A stretch of 64,000 nt of DNA from a virus. The first letter of the stretch is position 1, and each line of letters opens with the position of its first letter. This document shows positions 36,913 through 46,117 of this stretch, one piece after another. Location of the stretch: positions 53,233 through 117,232 of IMG/VR virus record IMGVR_UViG_3300024261_000009; one strand, 5' to 3'. A program made the position numbers and the translations under genes. Below the pieces are notes generated by a model that saw nothing but the letters and a program-made list of their open reading frames with translations, was not told the origin of the DNA and ran no database searches.

Positions 36913-38493
36913 ATGTCATCCCTCGTAATGGGCAGAGTAGTAGATGTCCACCCAAGAACCCACACAATAGACGTGGATATAAACGGGGAACTACTCCACG
37001 GCGTAGTCCTTCTCCTAGTTAGTCACGACCCTGACCTGGGTGGCGGGACAACAATCTTACCAAAGATAGGAAGCACCGCAGTCATAGACACGGGTCCCTT
37101 TGAAGACATGCCGGGGCTGTGTATTGGCTATGTTAAGGGTGGGCACGAGTCCATTAGGACAGCTCCCGGAGACGAGTCTAATGACGCCCCGACATCACCT
37201 ACCGCGGAGAACTCAGAGATAGCAGCCAAGAATGTTTCCCCTCTTACGCAAGGACCTAAGGGTGCTGAAGACGCTCTGCTGGGAGCAAGCGGGGAAGAGT
37301 CCAGAACCGAGGGAGACCCTGGGGACGCTTACCCGGGAGATTTTATACACCGAGCTTCTTCAGGTAATGCTATTGGGGTGCTTGAGGGAGGCGTAAACAT
37401 ATTCAAGGCCAGTGACCTGGCTAAGATAGAGGCTAATGCTCTAGATGACCTAATCAGAATAGTGGCCCGAAACTTTGAACTGGAAACAGAACTAGGTAGT
37501 TTACGAATAGGTTCTAATAAAGGTAAGGCCTTTCTTAAGTTTACAGGTAACGAGAACGTTACTCAGAACCAAAAGGGGGAGTACACTATAGAATTCGGAG
37601 TGTTTCCAAGCTTTGCGGATTCCCCCAAAGGTTCCGATATATTTAACTTTACTGTTACGGCTCAGGGTGGGCGAGACACCTTGGTAGATTTCCGCGTCAG
37701 CGGTACTGGAGATATCTCGGTTGGGGGACACTCCATCACCACCCGGGAAAGTCTTAGCTCAGATGTTCACACTCACGCGTGTCACCAGAAGGACATATAC
37801 GTAGAAAATGGTTCCTTAGAGCGGAATAGGGGCTCCTCAAGACTTGGATCTGAGTCTATAGTCCTGTACACAGACCCTGACGAGATACCCGAAGTGGGTG
37901 TTGGGGAAGTTTTGATAGGCGGAACCCAGAGCGTAAGCCTAGTTAGTTCGGGCGCGGTAAGCACAGCCTCCGGAAAATCTTTCGAGTCTGTTATGGGGTA
38001 TGTCCCCGGCAAGGATATGCTACCGATACCAGGAACTACTGCGAAAAGCATTGAGGTAGCTAACGGAGATTTTGTTACCAATGTAGGTAGCCCTTTTGCT
38101 ATGGGGTTGCCCTCCTTTATGTCCACCTACGAAGTAAACACCTGGTCTGGGGATATTAGACTAAACGCAGGTCCTATGGGATCCGTTATCATAAACAGCT
38201 ACGGAGCGCCGTCCCCAAAGGGTTCTTCCTCACAGCACGGAATACATTTAAACGCCTTAAGTGTCATGATTGGTGCGCCTCCTACGGGGCCCATTTGTGC
38301 GGCTCCACCTAAACTATTTCAGGCTGTTCTATTTGAGCCCCTACAGCAGTACCTGACCCAGCTGCATCTTTGGTTAGATACGCATGTACACCCCACCGCG
38401 GTAGGTCCTAGCGGTCCCCCGGCAGCTCCCTCAAGCACCCTTTCGGGCCTACACGCTGCTTTTATGTCTAAGATAGTTCAATTAGGAGGTTAG
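36913..38493 (+). CDS. Baseplate central spike (gp5/gpV-like OB fold, beta-helix, HxH apex)
   Basis: ATG 36913 after GGAG. GRVVDVHP...LPKIGS OB-fold start; C-terminal DTHVHPTAVGPSGPP metal-binding apex. Confidence 0.7.
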   Translation: MSSLVMGRVVDVHPRTHTIDVDINGELLHGVVLLLVSHDPDLGGGTTILPKIGSTAVIDTGPFEDMPGLCIGYVKGGHESIRTAPGDESNDAPTSPTAENSEIAAKNVSPLTQGPKGAEDALLGASGEESRTEGDPGDAYPGDFIHRASSGNAIGVLEGGVNIFKASDLAKIEANALDDLIRIVARNFELETELGSLRIGSNKGKAFLKFTGNENVTQNQKGEYTIEFGVFPSFADSPKGSDIFNFTVTAQGGRDTLVDFRVSGTGDISVGGHSITTRESLSSDVHTHACHQKDIYVENGSLERNRGSSRLGSESIVLYTDPDEIPEVGVGEVLIGGTQSVSLVSSGAVSTASGKSFESVMGYVPGKDMLPIPGTTAKSIEVANGDFVTNVGSPFAMGLPSFMSTYEVNTWSGDIRLNAGPMGSVIINSYGAPSPKGSSSQHGIHLNALSVMIGAPPTGPICAAPPKLFQAVLFEPLQQYLTQLHLWLDTHVHPTAVGPSGPPAAPSSTLSGLHAAFMSKIVQLGG

Positions 38494-38494
38494 T

Positions 38495-38728
38495 ATGTCC
38501 AACGACAAGCATAAAGACGGAGAGAAGGACAGCACCAACGCCGTATTCGGAGAGAAGAAATGGGCGAAGGACGGGAGCCCCCCTCCCCTGGCAGACTTCC
38601 TAAAGATGAGTACCGACGTGATGGCAGACTCCCTTGAGAAAGGGATACTGGCCTTACTAAGTAAGCACCACGAGACTTTAAAACTTGCCGAGATGATGGC
38701 TAAGGCTAAACGTAATGAGCGAAAATAA
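38495..38728 (+). CDS. Hypothetical protein (77 aa)
   Basis: GGAGG RBS; operon context. Confidence 0.6.
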   Translation: MSNDKHKDGEKDSTNAVFGEKKWAKDGSPPPLADFLKMSTDVMADSLEKGILALLSKHHETLKLAEMMAKAKRNERK

Positions 38729-40991
38729 TAACGACAAGTATAGTCGTAGTCCTATACGAAGGGGCACCTCCACGAAAAAGACCGGTAGGGATGCTCTCCA
38801 GGGGTTCTCCGAAGAGATGGAACCCTTGTATGGCATGAGTGCCAAACTAAATGATAAGACCACAGAAGTCTTAGGTCTGGACGCTAATAACCAGCCCATC
38901 ATTACCAGCGTTAGTGTATCCGTTGACGGGTCTGGGGCCCACACCTTGGAGGACGTACTTGAGGGCAAGTTTACAGATGCCTATAAGTGGTACGGAGCGG
39001 GGCTGTCGCTAGACCCCCTGAAACCGATCCTACTGGTGCTCGAAGGAATTGCTGACGTAGTGGTCCTTGTACTAGAAGCGACCCTAATGATATTCGATGC
39101 GATGTTGCTGCTTATTGCGAGTCTAGACAACCTACTAAGAGCTGTTGTGGAGGCTGTTATTGAGCAGATAAGGGAGATACTTGGGATATTCACCAAGACG
39201 GGTATCTACTGGACATTTATTCCCCCACAGTTCCCTCCCCAAGGGGCCAGCGCTGAAAGAACAAAACTTTTAAAGTCCGCAAAGGTGTGGATGCGCCCCA
39301 CCAAACTAGACGAAAACGGGGAGGAGGTCATAGACCTCGACAAGACTAATGCTGCTCAAGAGTTCGGGTTTCTTCCCGCGGATATAAACATCTCATCTAA
39401 GGGAGGCATGGAAGGCTTCGTAGACACCCTAGAGGCCTCAATGAACGACGAGGAAGACCCTAGAAGACCGCAGTTTGACAATAACGACTGGGTAGCAGGT
39501 TTCGTAGGGGTCTTCGGAGGTAGGGATATAACACTGTTTTTAGACTGGTGGGCTAACGTAAAGAAGCTTTTCGGAAAAGCTATGAAGCCCGAGGAGAATA
39601 AGTTTCTTCCTCCGACTCCCTCGGGAATCCGGTACGAGGTTCTTGGGGCCAAAGCCGTCGCGGAAAGGGGATCTATCCCATATATAAGCGTGTCTTGGGG
39701 CCCTCCAAGGATCAACATTAAGTCTCCCTGGACAGCGGTTGAGGATTTTGTTTACCGGGTTAAGGACAAGACCTCCATGACTTCAGAAGAATTCGATAAC
39801 CATACTTACTACAACGACTTTGAGTCGGGGACCTGGACGGGAGCTCTCGTAGGCGGGGGGCAAGTTTATAGAGCCAAGATGCTGCGTACTTATGTGGACA
39901 CCTCCTTAGAGGAAGCTGATCTGGGAAAAACGTACAGATACCGTGTTGCTCGAGCGTACCAATACACTAACCCAACCACGCGCGCACCTGGGGCGAAGCT
40001 GGTGTACGTGTTCTCCCGAATCATAGACGTTAAAGTTCCTATAAAGGCGGTTCCTCTGGCTACGGGGGTTCCTCCCAACTGGACCTCGGGAACTCTAGCC
40101 ACGCTGTTCCCCCCTCTAGACCGGTGGGTCTCGTTTCTAGTAGCAAAACTCCGAGCTATACTGGGGGTACTTCCGGACCTGACAGGGTACTTAAAACAGA
40201 TAGTTCAGCAGATAGCTTCGGAGATTAGTAAATGGTTAGGTTTGGCCCGCCAGATACGTAGCCTGGTCTACCAGTTCACGGATTTAATGGAGATGCAATT
40301 CGGGGCACACGCAATGACCTTTATTGGAAAAGGCGGCAATCAATATGTATTAGACCTGCTGAGAGACTCTGTGAGCCTTGCTCGAGCGGAGGAGGCCAAG
40401 AGCGCGGAGGAGGCCACACTACTTCAAGTAGTTAGCACTCAAGATGGGGACAGCCTGAGTTTTGACATGGAGAATGTCCCTATCGAGAAATTTGATCTCG
40501 CAGCGAACTTTGAGAAAGTGTCCTTTAAAGATTTTGTTTCTGCGAACCCCGTACCAACCTACGGGGATAAGGATATAACTGGAGGCTTTGTTCTTCTTGG
40601 AGGAGACGGAAGCTTAACAGGGGCTCAAACAGCCCTGGAGCTTTTTAGAATGTTCTTCCCAGGGCCCTCAGAAGAGACTACTCAGGAATCAGTCTCCTCG
40701 GTAACCAGGGCACTGACCACCGTTAGTTCTGCCGCTGCGGCGAAGGCGGCCGAAGCTCTGGGGGGAGTATCTGCGGAGGAGGAGACCAGAAAATCACCCT
40801 TAGCGGCGACAGAAACGTTGGAGTCTGCTACGCCCCCCGAGGCAGTAATAGGCTTTACCGAAGGGTTTACCCCCGTGAGGACTACTACTCCATCAGGAGT
40901 GGCTGCTTCCACGGACCGCGCAGCCGCCGAGAGAGCCGCTGAGAACCAGGATGCGACACTAACTGCTAATGATATCGAGGAGTCTTGTTAA
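38715..40991 (+). CDS. 758-aa tail-associated protein: amphipathic helical bundles flanking an FN3-like domain
   Basis: PPTPSGI...ISVSWGPP...YVDT...KTYRYRVARAY (FN3 pattern) between long amphipathic helices. Confidence 0.55.
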   Translation: MSENNNDKYSRSPIRRGTSTKKTGRDALQGFSEEMEPLYGMSAKLNDKTTEVLGLDANNQPIITSVSVSVDGSGAHTLEDVLEGKFTDAYKWYGAGLSLDPLKPILLVLEGIADVVVLVLEATLMIFDAMLLLIASLDNLLRAVVEAVIEQIREILGIFTKTGIYWTFIPPQFPPQGASAERTKLLKSAKVWMRPTKLDENGEEVIDLDKTNAAQEFGFLPADINISSKGGMEGFVDTLEASMNDEEDPRRPQFDNNDWVAGFVGVFGGRDITLFLDWWANVKKLFGKAMKPEENKFLPPTPSGIRYEVLGAKAVAERGSIPYISVSWGPPRINIKSPWTAVEDFVYRVKDKTSMTSEEFDNHTYYNDFESGTWTGALVGGGQVYRAKMLRTYVDTSLEEADLGKTYRYRVARAYQYTNPTTRAPGAKLVYVFSRIIDVKVPIKAVPLATGVPPNWTSGTLATLFPPLDRWVSFLVAKLRAILGVLPDLTGYLKQIVQQIASEISKWLGLARQIRSLVYQFTDLMEMQFGAHAMTFIGKGGNQYVLDLLRDSVSLARAEEAKSAEEATLLQVVSTQDGDSLSFDMENVPIEKFDLAANFEKVSFKDFVSANPVPTYGDKDITGGFVLLGGDGSLTGAQTALELFRMFFPGPSEETTQESVSSVTRALTTVSSAAAAKAAEALGGVSAEEETRKSPLAATETLESATPPEAVIGFTEGFTPVRTTTPSGVAASTDRAAAERAAENQDATLTANDIEESC

Positions 40992-40992
40992 G

Positions 40993-41184
40993 ATGGAAAA
41001 GTACGGCGTACTAACTACAGAAGTTGAGGAACCTAAAAAAGAAGAGGTGCTCCTCAAGGATTTGCTGAAAAAGCAGCGGGAAATAGACAGGGGTAAAGTT
41101 GCTAAAAAAAGTAGGGAGAATGTCCCCCCAGGTCCCAGCGTTATGCCTGGGAACTCTGGGAAGAAAGGGCCTAGACGAGGCTAG
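40993..41184 (+). CDS. Small basic hypothetical protein; last plus-strand late gene
   Basis: ATG 40993 after GGAG; converges on the minus-strand block. Confidence 0.5.
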   Translation: MEKYGVLTTEVEEPKKEEVLLKDLLKKQREIDRGKVAKKSRENVPPGPSVMPGNSGKKGPRRG

Positions 41185-41402
41185 TGACAGCAGTCGTTAG
41201 CGGGTAAGGGCAAAGAATTAAGCGCCCTAATAAGGGGGAAGAAGGCCTTCGGGTCAGGATTCTTCTTCAGGAAGTACACCTGTACATAGTCGGCGTCCTT
41301 GGAGTCGGTCTTGGGCAGGGGAGTTACCAGGTACACTTCTTCGTTTTCGCAGAAGTTTAGGTGCCCTACGGCCTCTCCAAGGGAAGTATTATCTAGAAAC
41401 AT
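41181..41402 (-). CDS. Hypothetical protein (73 aa)
   Basis: GAGGAG RBS; coupled to the exonuclease stop. Confidence 0.55.
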   Translation of the reverse strand: MFLDNTSLGEAVGHLNFCENEEVYLVTPLPKTDSKDADYVQVYFLKKNPDPKAFFPLIRALNSLPLPANDCCH

Positions 41403-42007
41403 TATTCCTCCTCAGTCGATACTAGGTCCATAGTGTCCTGTATCCTTTCGTATAGTAACCTGCACCTCTCAGCATCCGCAAGAGCTGTGTGGGCCCCTTC
41501 ATTAGAGATACCTAATTTAGAGCAAAGGTACGACAAGGAATACCGCTTGGCATCGGGAAAAGCTACGTGGGCCAAACTCACAGTGTCTACCCAGTGGTGG
41601 GGTATCTTATGTCCTAGTACGGCTTTTTCTATAAAGGATTTATCAAAGCTAGCATTGTGTGCCACAGGGGTAGAGTCCTGTAGTAGTGCAACTAGGGTGG
41701 GGATAATTTCTTCAATATCTTTAGCTCCCACCCAATCTTCCTCACAGTACTGGTTTATCTCCAGCGCCTTAGGGTGCGCCAAGTCTATCCTCTTAGGAGC
41801 TACCTTACATTCCCAAGTGCTAGTAACCCCCTCTGGAGTACAACTAATTACAGCTATCTCTATGATCTCGTGCTTATTGGGGTCTAGACCTGTAGTTTCT
41901 ATGTCTATAAAAGAAAGAGTTTTGTGCATGGATAACCTCTGTTGGAGGTTATTCCTCCGACTCTTGTTGTTGGGGGCCTTTTTTAGAACCTGTTCTAGTA
42001 ACAGCAT
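41402..42007 (-). CDS. DEDDh 3'-5' exonuclease (DnaQ/epsilon-like)
   Basis: FIDIETTGL, IIEIA, VAHNASFD, WVDT, AHTALADA. Confidence 0.92.
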   Translation of the reverse strand: MLLLEQVLKKAPNNKSRRNNLQQRLSMHKTLSFIDIETTGLDPNKHEIIEIAVISCTPEGVTSTWECKVAPKRIDLAHPKALEINQYCEEDWVGAKDIEEIIPTLVALLQDSTPVAHNASFDKSFIEKAVLGHKIPHHWVDTVSLAHVAFPDAKRYSLSYLCSKLGISNEGAHTALADAERCRLLYERIQDTMDLVSTEEE

Positions 42008-42224
42008 TCCTCAGAACAAGGTCTATTTCAAGAACCCTCTTGTGGGCTCTGTTTAAAACGATGTCCCGCTCAGAAAGAGCCTTACTGACTCTTTTATAGG
42101 TGGGTATTATCTTAGGCTGGGCCGGGGGGCTCGAAGAAAGCCCGCTAAGTATAATCAGAACTACCGTGCTGAATACCAGAAGGGTGAGTGAATTATTCGG
42201 CTCGGAGCCTCTTTGAGTTTTCAT
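41949..42224 (-). CDS. N-terminal TM-anchored protein (91 aa)
   Basis: LTLLVFSTVVLIILSGL TM followed by a helical segment. Confidence 0.5.
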   Translation of the reverse strand: MKTQRGSEPNNSLTLLVFSTVVLIILSGLSSSPPAQPKIIPTYKRVSKALSERDIVLNRAHKRVLEIDLVLRNAVTRTGSKKGPQQQESEE

Positions 42225-42432
42225 AAATAAGCTCCAACTTGGTCTCTATGGTCCCTAACTTTACCTGCTGCCTGTGGATGGTATCCACTAGCTTCTCTAA
42301 GTTGTTAGCTGTCTTAGTAGCCTCGGCCAACTCGCGGTCATGTACCGCTAAACGGGTCTCTAATCGAACACCCCACAGCAGCACAGGTATTACCAAGATG
42401 GTCAGGGCATCTCTTAATTTATCCCAGGACAT
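42193..42432 (-). CDS. TM plus coiled-coil protein (holin/XhlA-like architecture)
   Basis: ALTILVIPVLLWGV TM followed by a heptad coil. Confidence 0.5.
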   Translation of the reverse strand: MSWDKLRDALTILVIPVLLWGVRLETRLAVHDRELAEATKTANNLEKLVDTIHRQQVKLGTIETKLELIYENSKRLRAE

Positions 42433-42497
42433 CTATAGGGTCTCCAAGTCGGTTCATCCTAATAATAGGACTACGCGTCGATAGGGCGAGAAGTATA

Positions 42498-42671
42498 CTA
42501 GCTATTACTGGACTGGACTTCCGAGCGGAGTTCCTTTATTCCATGGACAACCGCCTGTGAGCCTACTCGGACTCGAGTGCCCGCGCTTTTATTTCCTTTG
42601 TCCGCTTTTCTAGCGTCACTCATTAGCCCCTGAAGAGCGTCTATGAGCTCCTGTAGTTTCTTCTCGACCAT
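42498..42671 (-). CDS. Hc1 (histone H1-like) family protein, N-terminal domain only (57 aa); missed by the ORF track
   Basis: GGAG RBS; MVEKKLQELIDALQGLMSDARKADKGNKSAGTRVRVGSQAVVHGIKELRSEVQSSNS. KADKGNKSAGTRVR matches the Hc1 signature (chlamydial KAEKGNKAAAQRVR). Confidence 0.8.
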   Translation of the reverse strand: MVEKKLQELIDALQGLMSDARKADKGNKSAGTRVRVGSQAVVHGIKELRSEVQSSNS

Positions 42672-42672
42672 T

Positions 42673-42864
42673 CTAAGACTCCTGCAACTGAGATCGCATT
42701 TTCAAAAATTTTCTAAACAAGGAAGTGAACTCATCACTGGACATCCTGTGAGAGCTCAGCCTACTATTAGACAAGGTGGCGTTTAAAACTTCACAGGCCA
42801 TCCCGATTTCTCTCTCAGTAAAACTGTTAGCTTTACGCTTAACGGGCAAGCTTTTATCTGACAT
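42673..42864 (-). CDS. Hypothetical protein (63 aa)
   Basis: ORF tightly packed in the minus-strand operon. Confidence 0.55.
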   Translation of the reverse strand: MSDKSLPVKRKANSFTEREIGMACEVLNATLSNSRLSSHRMSSDEFTSLFRKFLKMRSQLQES

Positions 42865-42877
42865 TTGTGTATTTCCA

Positions 42878-43165
42878 TTATATTCCGGAGTGCAGGCTCA
42901 CCAGGATACTATCTTCCTGCGAGCTGTTCCCGGGCGAAGTGTATTCGGGAAGTTTCGCACTCAGTGTTTCTGCAAAATCTAGAGCCCTGCCTTTAGGGTA
43001 CGGCCCCATTCTCAAACTAGTCGGCACGTGCAGGACGAACCAATTCCTTTTGTTAGTGGGGTTCCTATAAACACCCCACCCCTTAGATACTCTAGTAAGC
43101 TCGATATCACAACCTTCAACCCTGGATGAGGGCTTCAAAAAAATATTCTCAGTCTTGTAGACCAT
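42878..43165 (-). CDS. Hypothetical protein (95 aa)
   Basis: GAGGAG RBS. Confidence 0.6.
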   Translation of the reverse strand: MVYKTENIFLKPSSRVEGCDIELTRVSKGWGVYRNPTNKRNWFVLHVPTSLRMGPYPKGRALDFAETLSAKLPEYTSPGNSSQEDSILVSLHSGI

Positions 43166-43199
43166 ACCAACTCCTCGGGCTTTGCGAAATGCCTAGAAC

Positions 43200-43271
43200 T
43201 GCCCCCGCGGGGGCATCGCGGGCTTGTCTGCCCGACCCTGCGCGGCCTTACTATAGACGCGTACCGCGTCT
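43200..43271. promoter_or_regulatory. Intergenic cluster of inverted repeats
   Basis: 16-bp palindrome tgcccccgcgggggca, cgggc-ttgtct-gcccg, agacgcg-tac-cgcgtct. Confidence 0.5.
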
Positions 43272-43282
43272 GCGTATCTGTA

Positions 43283-43711
43283 CTAAGTGTCCAAAGCCTT
43301 TTTAGGCGTGTTAAGAGGGAACGCCTTATTCTTAGAAACTCCCGAGAGCCAGCCAGGTAGTATGTTCCCTAAGAAGATAAACCAAGCTTCCGAATCTTGG
43401 GCTTCCCCCTTTAATTCCTCGGGCAGGTCTAAATTAAACCCCTCTAAGTTGAGCTCCTCCCGGAAACTGTTCCAATGAAATAGCCTATCATCAATGCCTC
43501 CTATAGATACTTTGAAACGAACCCCTAAGACCTTATTAGACGAGGCCCAGTACTGTTCCTCAAAACGCATATTCTTTGTTAACCAAACCCCTTCGAAACA
43601 GTGCCTACCCCCAAGCTCTACGCTTCGAGGTTCGATACCGTCTCTGACTATGTAGGGGGCTGCCTTAGCAGACGTATAGTGGAAAAGGGTTGGGTGCTCT
43701 ACACAGTACAT
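43283..43711 (-). CDS. Putative ADP-ribosyltransferase-fold protein (HYT-type)
   Basis: LFHYTS...I...GIEP...GVWLT...VRFKV pattern of H-Y-[DE]-clade ARTs; the strand-2 aromatic is W. Confidence 0.5.
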   Translation of the reverse strand: MYCVEHPTLFHYTSAKAAPYIVRDGIEPRSVELGGRHCFEGVWLTKNMRFEEQYWASSNKVLGVRFKVSIGGIDDRLFHWNSFREELNLEGFNLDLPEELKGEAQDSEAWFIFLGNILPGWLSGVSKNKAFPLNTPKKALDT

Positions 43712-43736
43712 AGACGGGCAACTTCCTAAAAAGTGG

Positions 43737-44012
43737 TTACCCTAATAATGCGCTAAAACTGGGAGGTTTCTCGTCCGAACCTCCAGAAAAAGATATGCGG
43801 CTACCAGGAACCACCACGTCAGAGAGCTCGTGGGAAGAGAAGCTGCTGACCCGTCCCACCCCCTGAGCGGGGGTTCCTGACTCCAGTAAAACCCATCTAG
43901 TCTCCCCAGGAGGAACACCGAGGACTTTTAAGGCAACACGTCCGTCCGAAAATATAAGCCTATAGTCAGACTCGAAGACTCCATCGCAGTAAGTTGCTAG
44001 CGTATCTTTCAC
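43737..44012 (-). CDS. Hypothetical protein (91 aa)
   Basis: ORF in operon context. Confidence 0.5.
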   Translation of the reverse strand: MKDTLATYCDGVFESDYRLIFSDGRVALKVLGVPPGETRWVLLESGTPAQGVGRVSSFSSHELSDVVVPGSRISFSGGSDEKPPSFSALLG

Positions 44013-44071
44013 AGTGCTTTAACTCCCAAAGAAAATCGTGAGGTACAAACCGGCAGATAAACCAGGTGCTC

Positions 44072-44458
44072 CTAGTGTAGGGTTTCCTTTAGGGAGAGAA
44101 TGCCTCTGAATACCCACTCATCCACCCTTTCCGGTTCAACCTCCCAGGAAGAGGTCTCAGCTTGCGCAAAATCCTCCTGTAAGAGGGGGAATAGCTCGCA
44201 GACGGATACCAGCATTAACACTCCCCGGTCAGAACCCTTCCTAAAGACCTCCGCACATCTCAGGTCCATATAGGAGGCGGCATCTATTATGTCTTCCGGA
44301 TGGGAAAGGCGGGTGGCGGGTACGAGTTTTACGAACTCAATGGAGTCTTGTAAGGTACCTATACGGACAGCCACTTTGCCAGGGATTAGTGCGAGCAGAA
44401 GCCACCGAGGTAGGTCGTAAAACTCCTCGCATAAAATATCCCTGATTAGGGTAGCCAT
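44072..44458 (-). CDS. Hypothetical protein (128 aa)
   Basis: GAGG RBS before ATG. Confidence 0.6.
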   Translation of the reverse strand: MATLIRDILCEEFYDLPRWLLLALIPGKVAVRIGTLQDSIEFVKLVPATRLSHPEDIIDAASYMDLRCAEVFRKGSDRGVLMLVSVCELFPLLQEDFAQAETSSWEVEPERVDEWVFRGILSLKETLH

Positions 44459-44471
44459 TCATAACCTCTAT

Positions 44472-44708
44472 TTAGGTTAAGTCTAGTACTTTGCCTGGGT
44501 CTAAAAACGAGTGGGAGCATTTGGGGCAACACATGTTAGCCGAGTCCGGAAAAGATTCCACCTCAGAAACAGAGTACCTAACGAAACCCAGACCTGACTC
44601 GTCGGGTTTGCTGAGAGAAGACAGAATTCTTTCGAGAGACTCAGCCTCTACATATTTATCTGTCTCTCCGATTCCGTGTATAAATCCAGACACAATGAAT
44701 TTAGTCAT
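44472..44708 (-). CDS. Small protein with C-terminal CPKC Zn ribbon
   Basis: ATG 44708 (MTKFIVSG) after GGAGG is preferred over the track's upstream start. Confidence 0.55.
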   Translation of the reverse strand: MTKFIVSGFIHGIGETDKYVEAESLERILSSLSKPDESGLGFVRYSVSEVESFPDSANMCCPKCSHSFLDPGKVLDLT

Positions 44709-44886
44709 AAGTAGCCTCCTGTGTTTGCTCAAAATTATAGCAAAGATCGCGTTAATAGAACCACCCACTCCCTACGAGGGGTTTGCTTCTTGCGAGGTCC
44801 AGAACGTGAGTGATAGAGCTCAGTAGGCGGTTCTGTGTTCCTCTCCGTAACTAGTCGAAAGTATCTTTCGATACACGTAGTGTATT

Positions 44887-45774
44887 CTAGGGAGTGGATT
44901 CGTTCCCAATGTAGGTAAAACCCTCTGAAGGGTTACACTCTTCCTTGGGGGTGTCTAGAAGAAACAACCTGCAAGGTATCTTTGCTCCAGAAAAAAGCCC
45001 GGACATCATGTCTCGAGCTGCTTTTGTAGAAAAGTCACCTTCTAGGATAACTCTAATCAACCCAGGAACCAGGTGCTTGAGTCTTTCTGCAGTGAAGTTG
45101 GCTCTCTTAACGGGATCTGCTGAGGAGACCAATACGGCTTCCGCAGCTAAATCTCCAGAGCAGTCAACGCTGTAGTGAATGCTCTGCCCTATGCCGACGA
45201 AACAATCCCTTAAGGACTCAGAACTTATGACGAATCTACGTATCTGTCCCGGGTACTCTATATCTCCCCCTGGGGTTGGCAATTGCCCTTTACGCGCGTG
45301 GGAGCGATGTCCTGGAAGGGTGGGGGGCAGCTTACACCTCCGGTAGACTAGGCCTGAAAAGTTGGCTCCTAGTATGCGAGCTTTCCTCAAGTCGCACTTA
45401 TACGCGCGAGCCTTTGACCAGAGGGTGTCCTCTAAGAAAGCGTTCGTGAACGAGCAACCAGAAAAGACAGCGTTTCTTAAATCGCAACCAACAAGCTTAG
45501 TGTTCATAAACCTGCACGAGGTGAAGCTCACTCCGGATAGGTTTGTCCCAGACAAGTCCTTACCGGAGAAACTCTTGTCCGATATCTTGGGTAGGGAAGG
45601 GTTAGTAGCCCTTATTAAGGACCAGTAGGGTAGTAAGTTCCTGCTGGTTAATACGCTGTATAGGCTATCTCCATTCCAACCTTCTGCGTCGGATAAAACC
45701 TTAGCGAACTCCCCTCGAGCTCTTTGGTCTCCCCGCTCTTCAAATAAATAATTTACTGAGTCCAGATCTAGCAT
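44887..45774 (-). CDS. Pentapeptide-repeat protein with N- and C-terminal extra domains
   Basis: AAGGAG RBS; SFSGK DLSGT NLSGV SFTSC RFMNT KLVGC DLRNA VFSGC SFTNA FLEDT... repeats. Confidence 0.85.
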   Translation of the reverse strand: MLDLDSVNYLFEERGDQRARGEFAKVLSDAEGWNGDSLYSVLTSRNLLPYWSLIRATNPSLPKISDKSFSGKDLSGTNLSGVSFTSCRFMNTKLVGCDLRNAVFSGCSFTNAFLEDTLWSKARAYKCDLRKARILGANFSGLVYRRCKLPPTLPGHRSHARKGQLPTPGGDIEYPGQIRRFVISSESLRDCFVGIGQSIHYSVDCSGDLAAEAVLVSSADPVKRANFTAERLKHLVPGLIRVILEGDFSTKAARDMMSGLFSGAKIPCRLFLLDTPKEECNPSEGFTYIGNESTP

Positions 45775-45994
45775 GGGTACTCCTTAACATGAACCTGCGT
45801 GATTCTGTACGGTTTTGAGGAGCTGTTTTGAATCCATAAGAAGTTCTTTCCTATCGGGAAGAACATACTTTGATACGTTCAGCTCGTAGCTATACTGAGG
45901 GGACGTATCGCCCCCGAACTGCGCGGACGTCCGCGTAGCATTTCCAGGTTTGTTGCCAGACTAAATCTCAGCCTGGGGGAGATCCTTACGGGGC

Positions 45995-46117
45995 TTAGAG
46001 GGTGTGGTACAGGAGGAGGGTTACTAAGCCGAGTAAGGTTACAGAAACTAATTCTAACTCGGCTATCTTATTCCTGCAGCAGGGGCAGTACTTATTCTTA
46101 TGGTTGCAAAACCTCAT
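45995..46117 (-). CDS. Putative 40-aa Cys-rich membrane-anchored peptide
   Basis: MRFCNHKNKYCPCCRNKIAELELVSVTLLGLVTLLLYHTL; weak RBS. Confidence 0.35.
   Translation of the reverse strand: MRFCNHKNKYCPCCRNKIAELELVSVTLLGLVTLLLYHTL

Noticed and set aside
33905-40991. Stand-alone contractile injection system (eCIS/T6SS/tailocin)
   Set aside because: It is contiguous with neck, capsid, protease and portal genes.
45785-45960. TAG read-through ORF in the gap upstream of the pentapeptide gene
   Set aside because: It has no start codon with an RBS and no recognisable motif.
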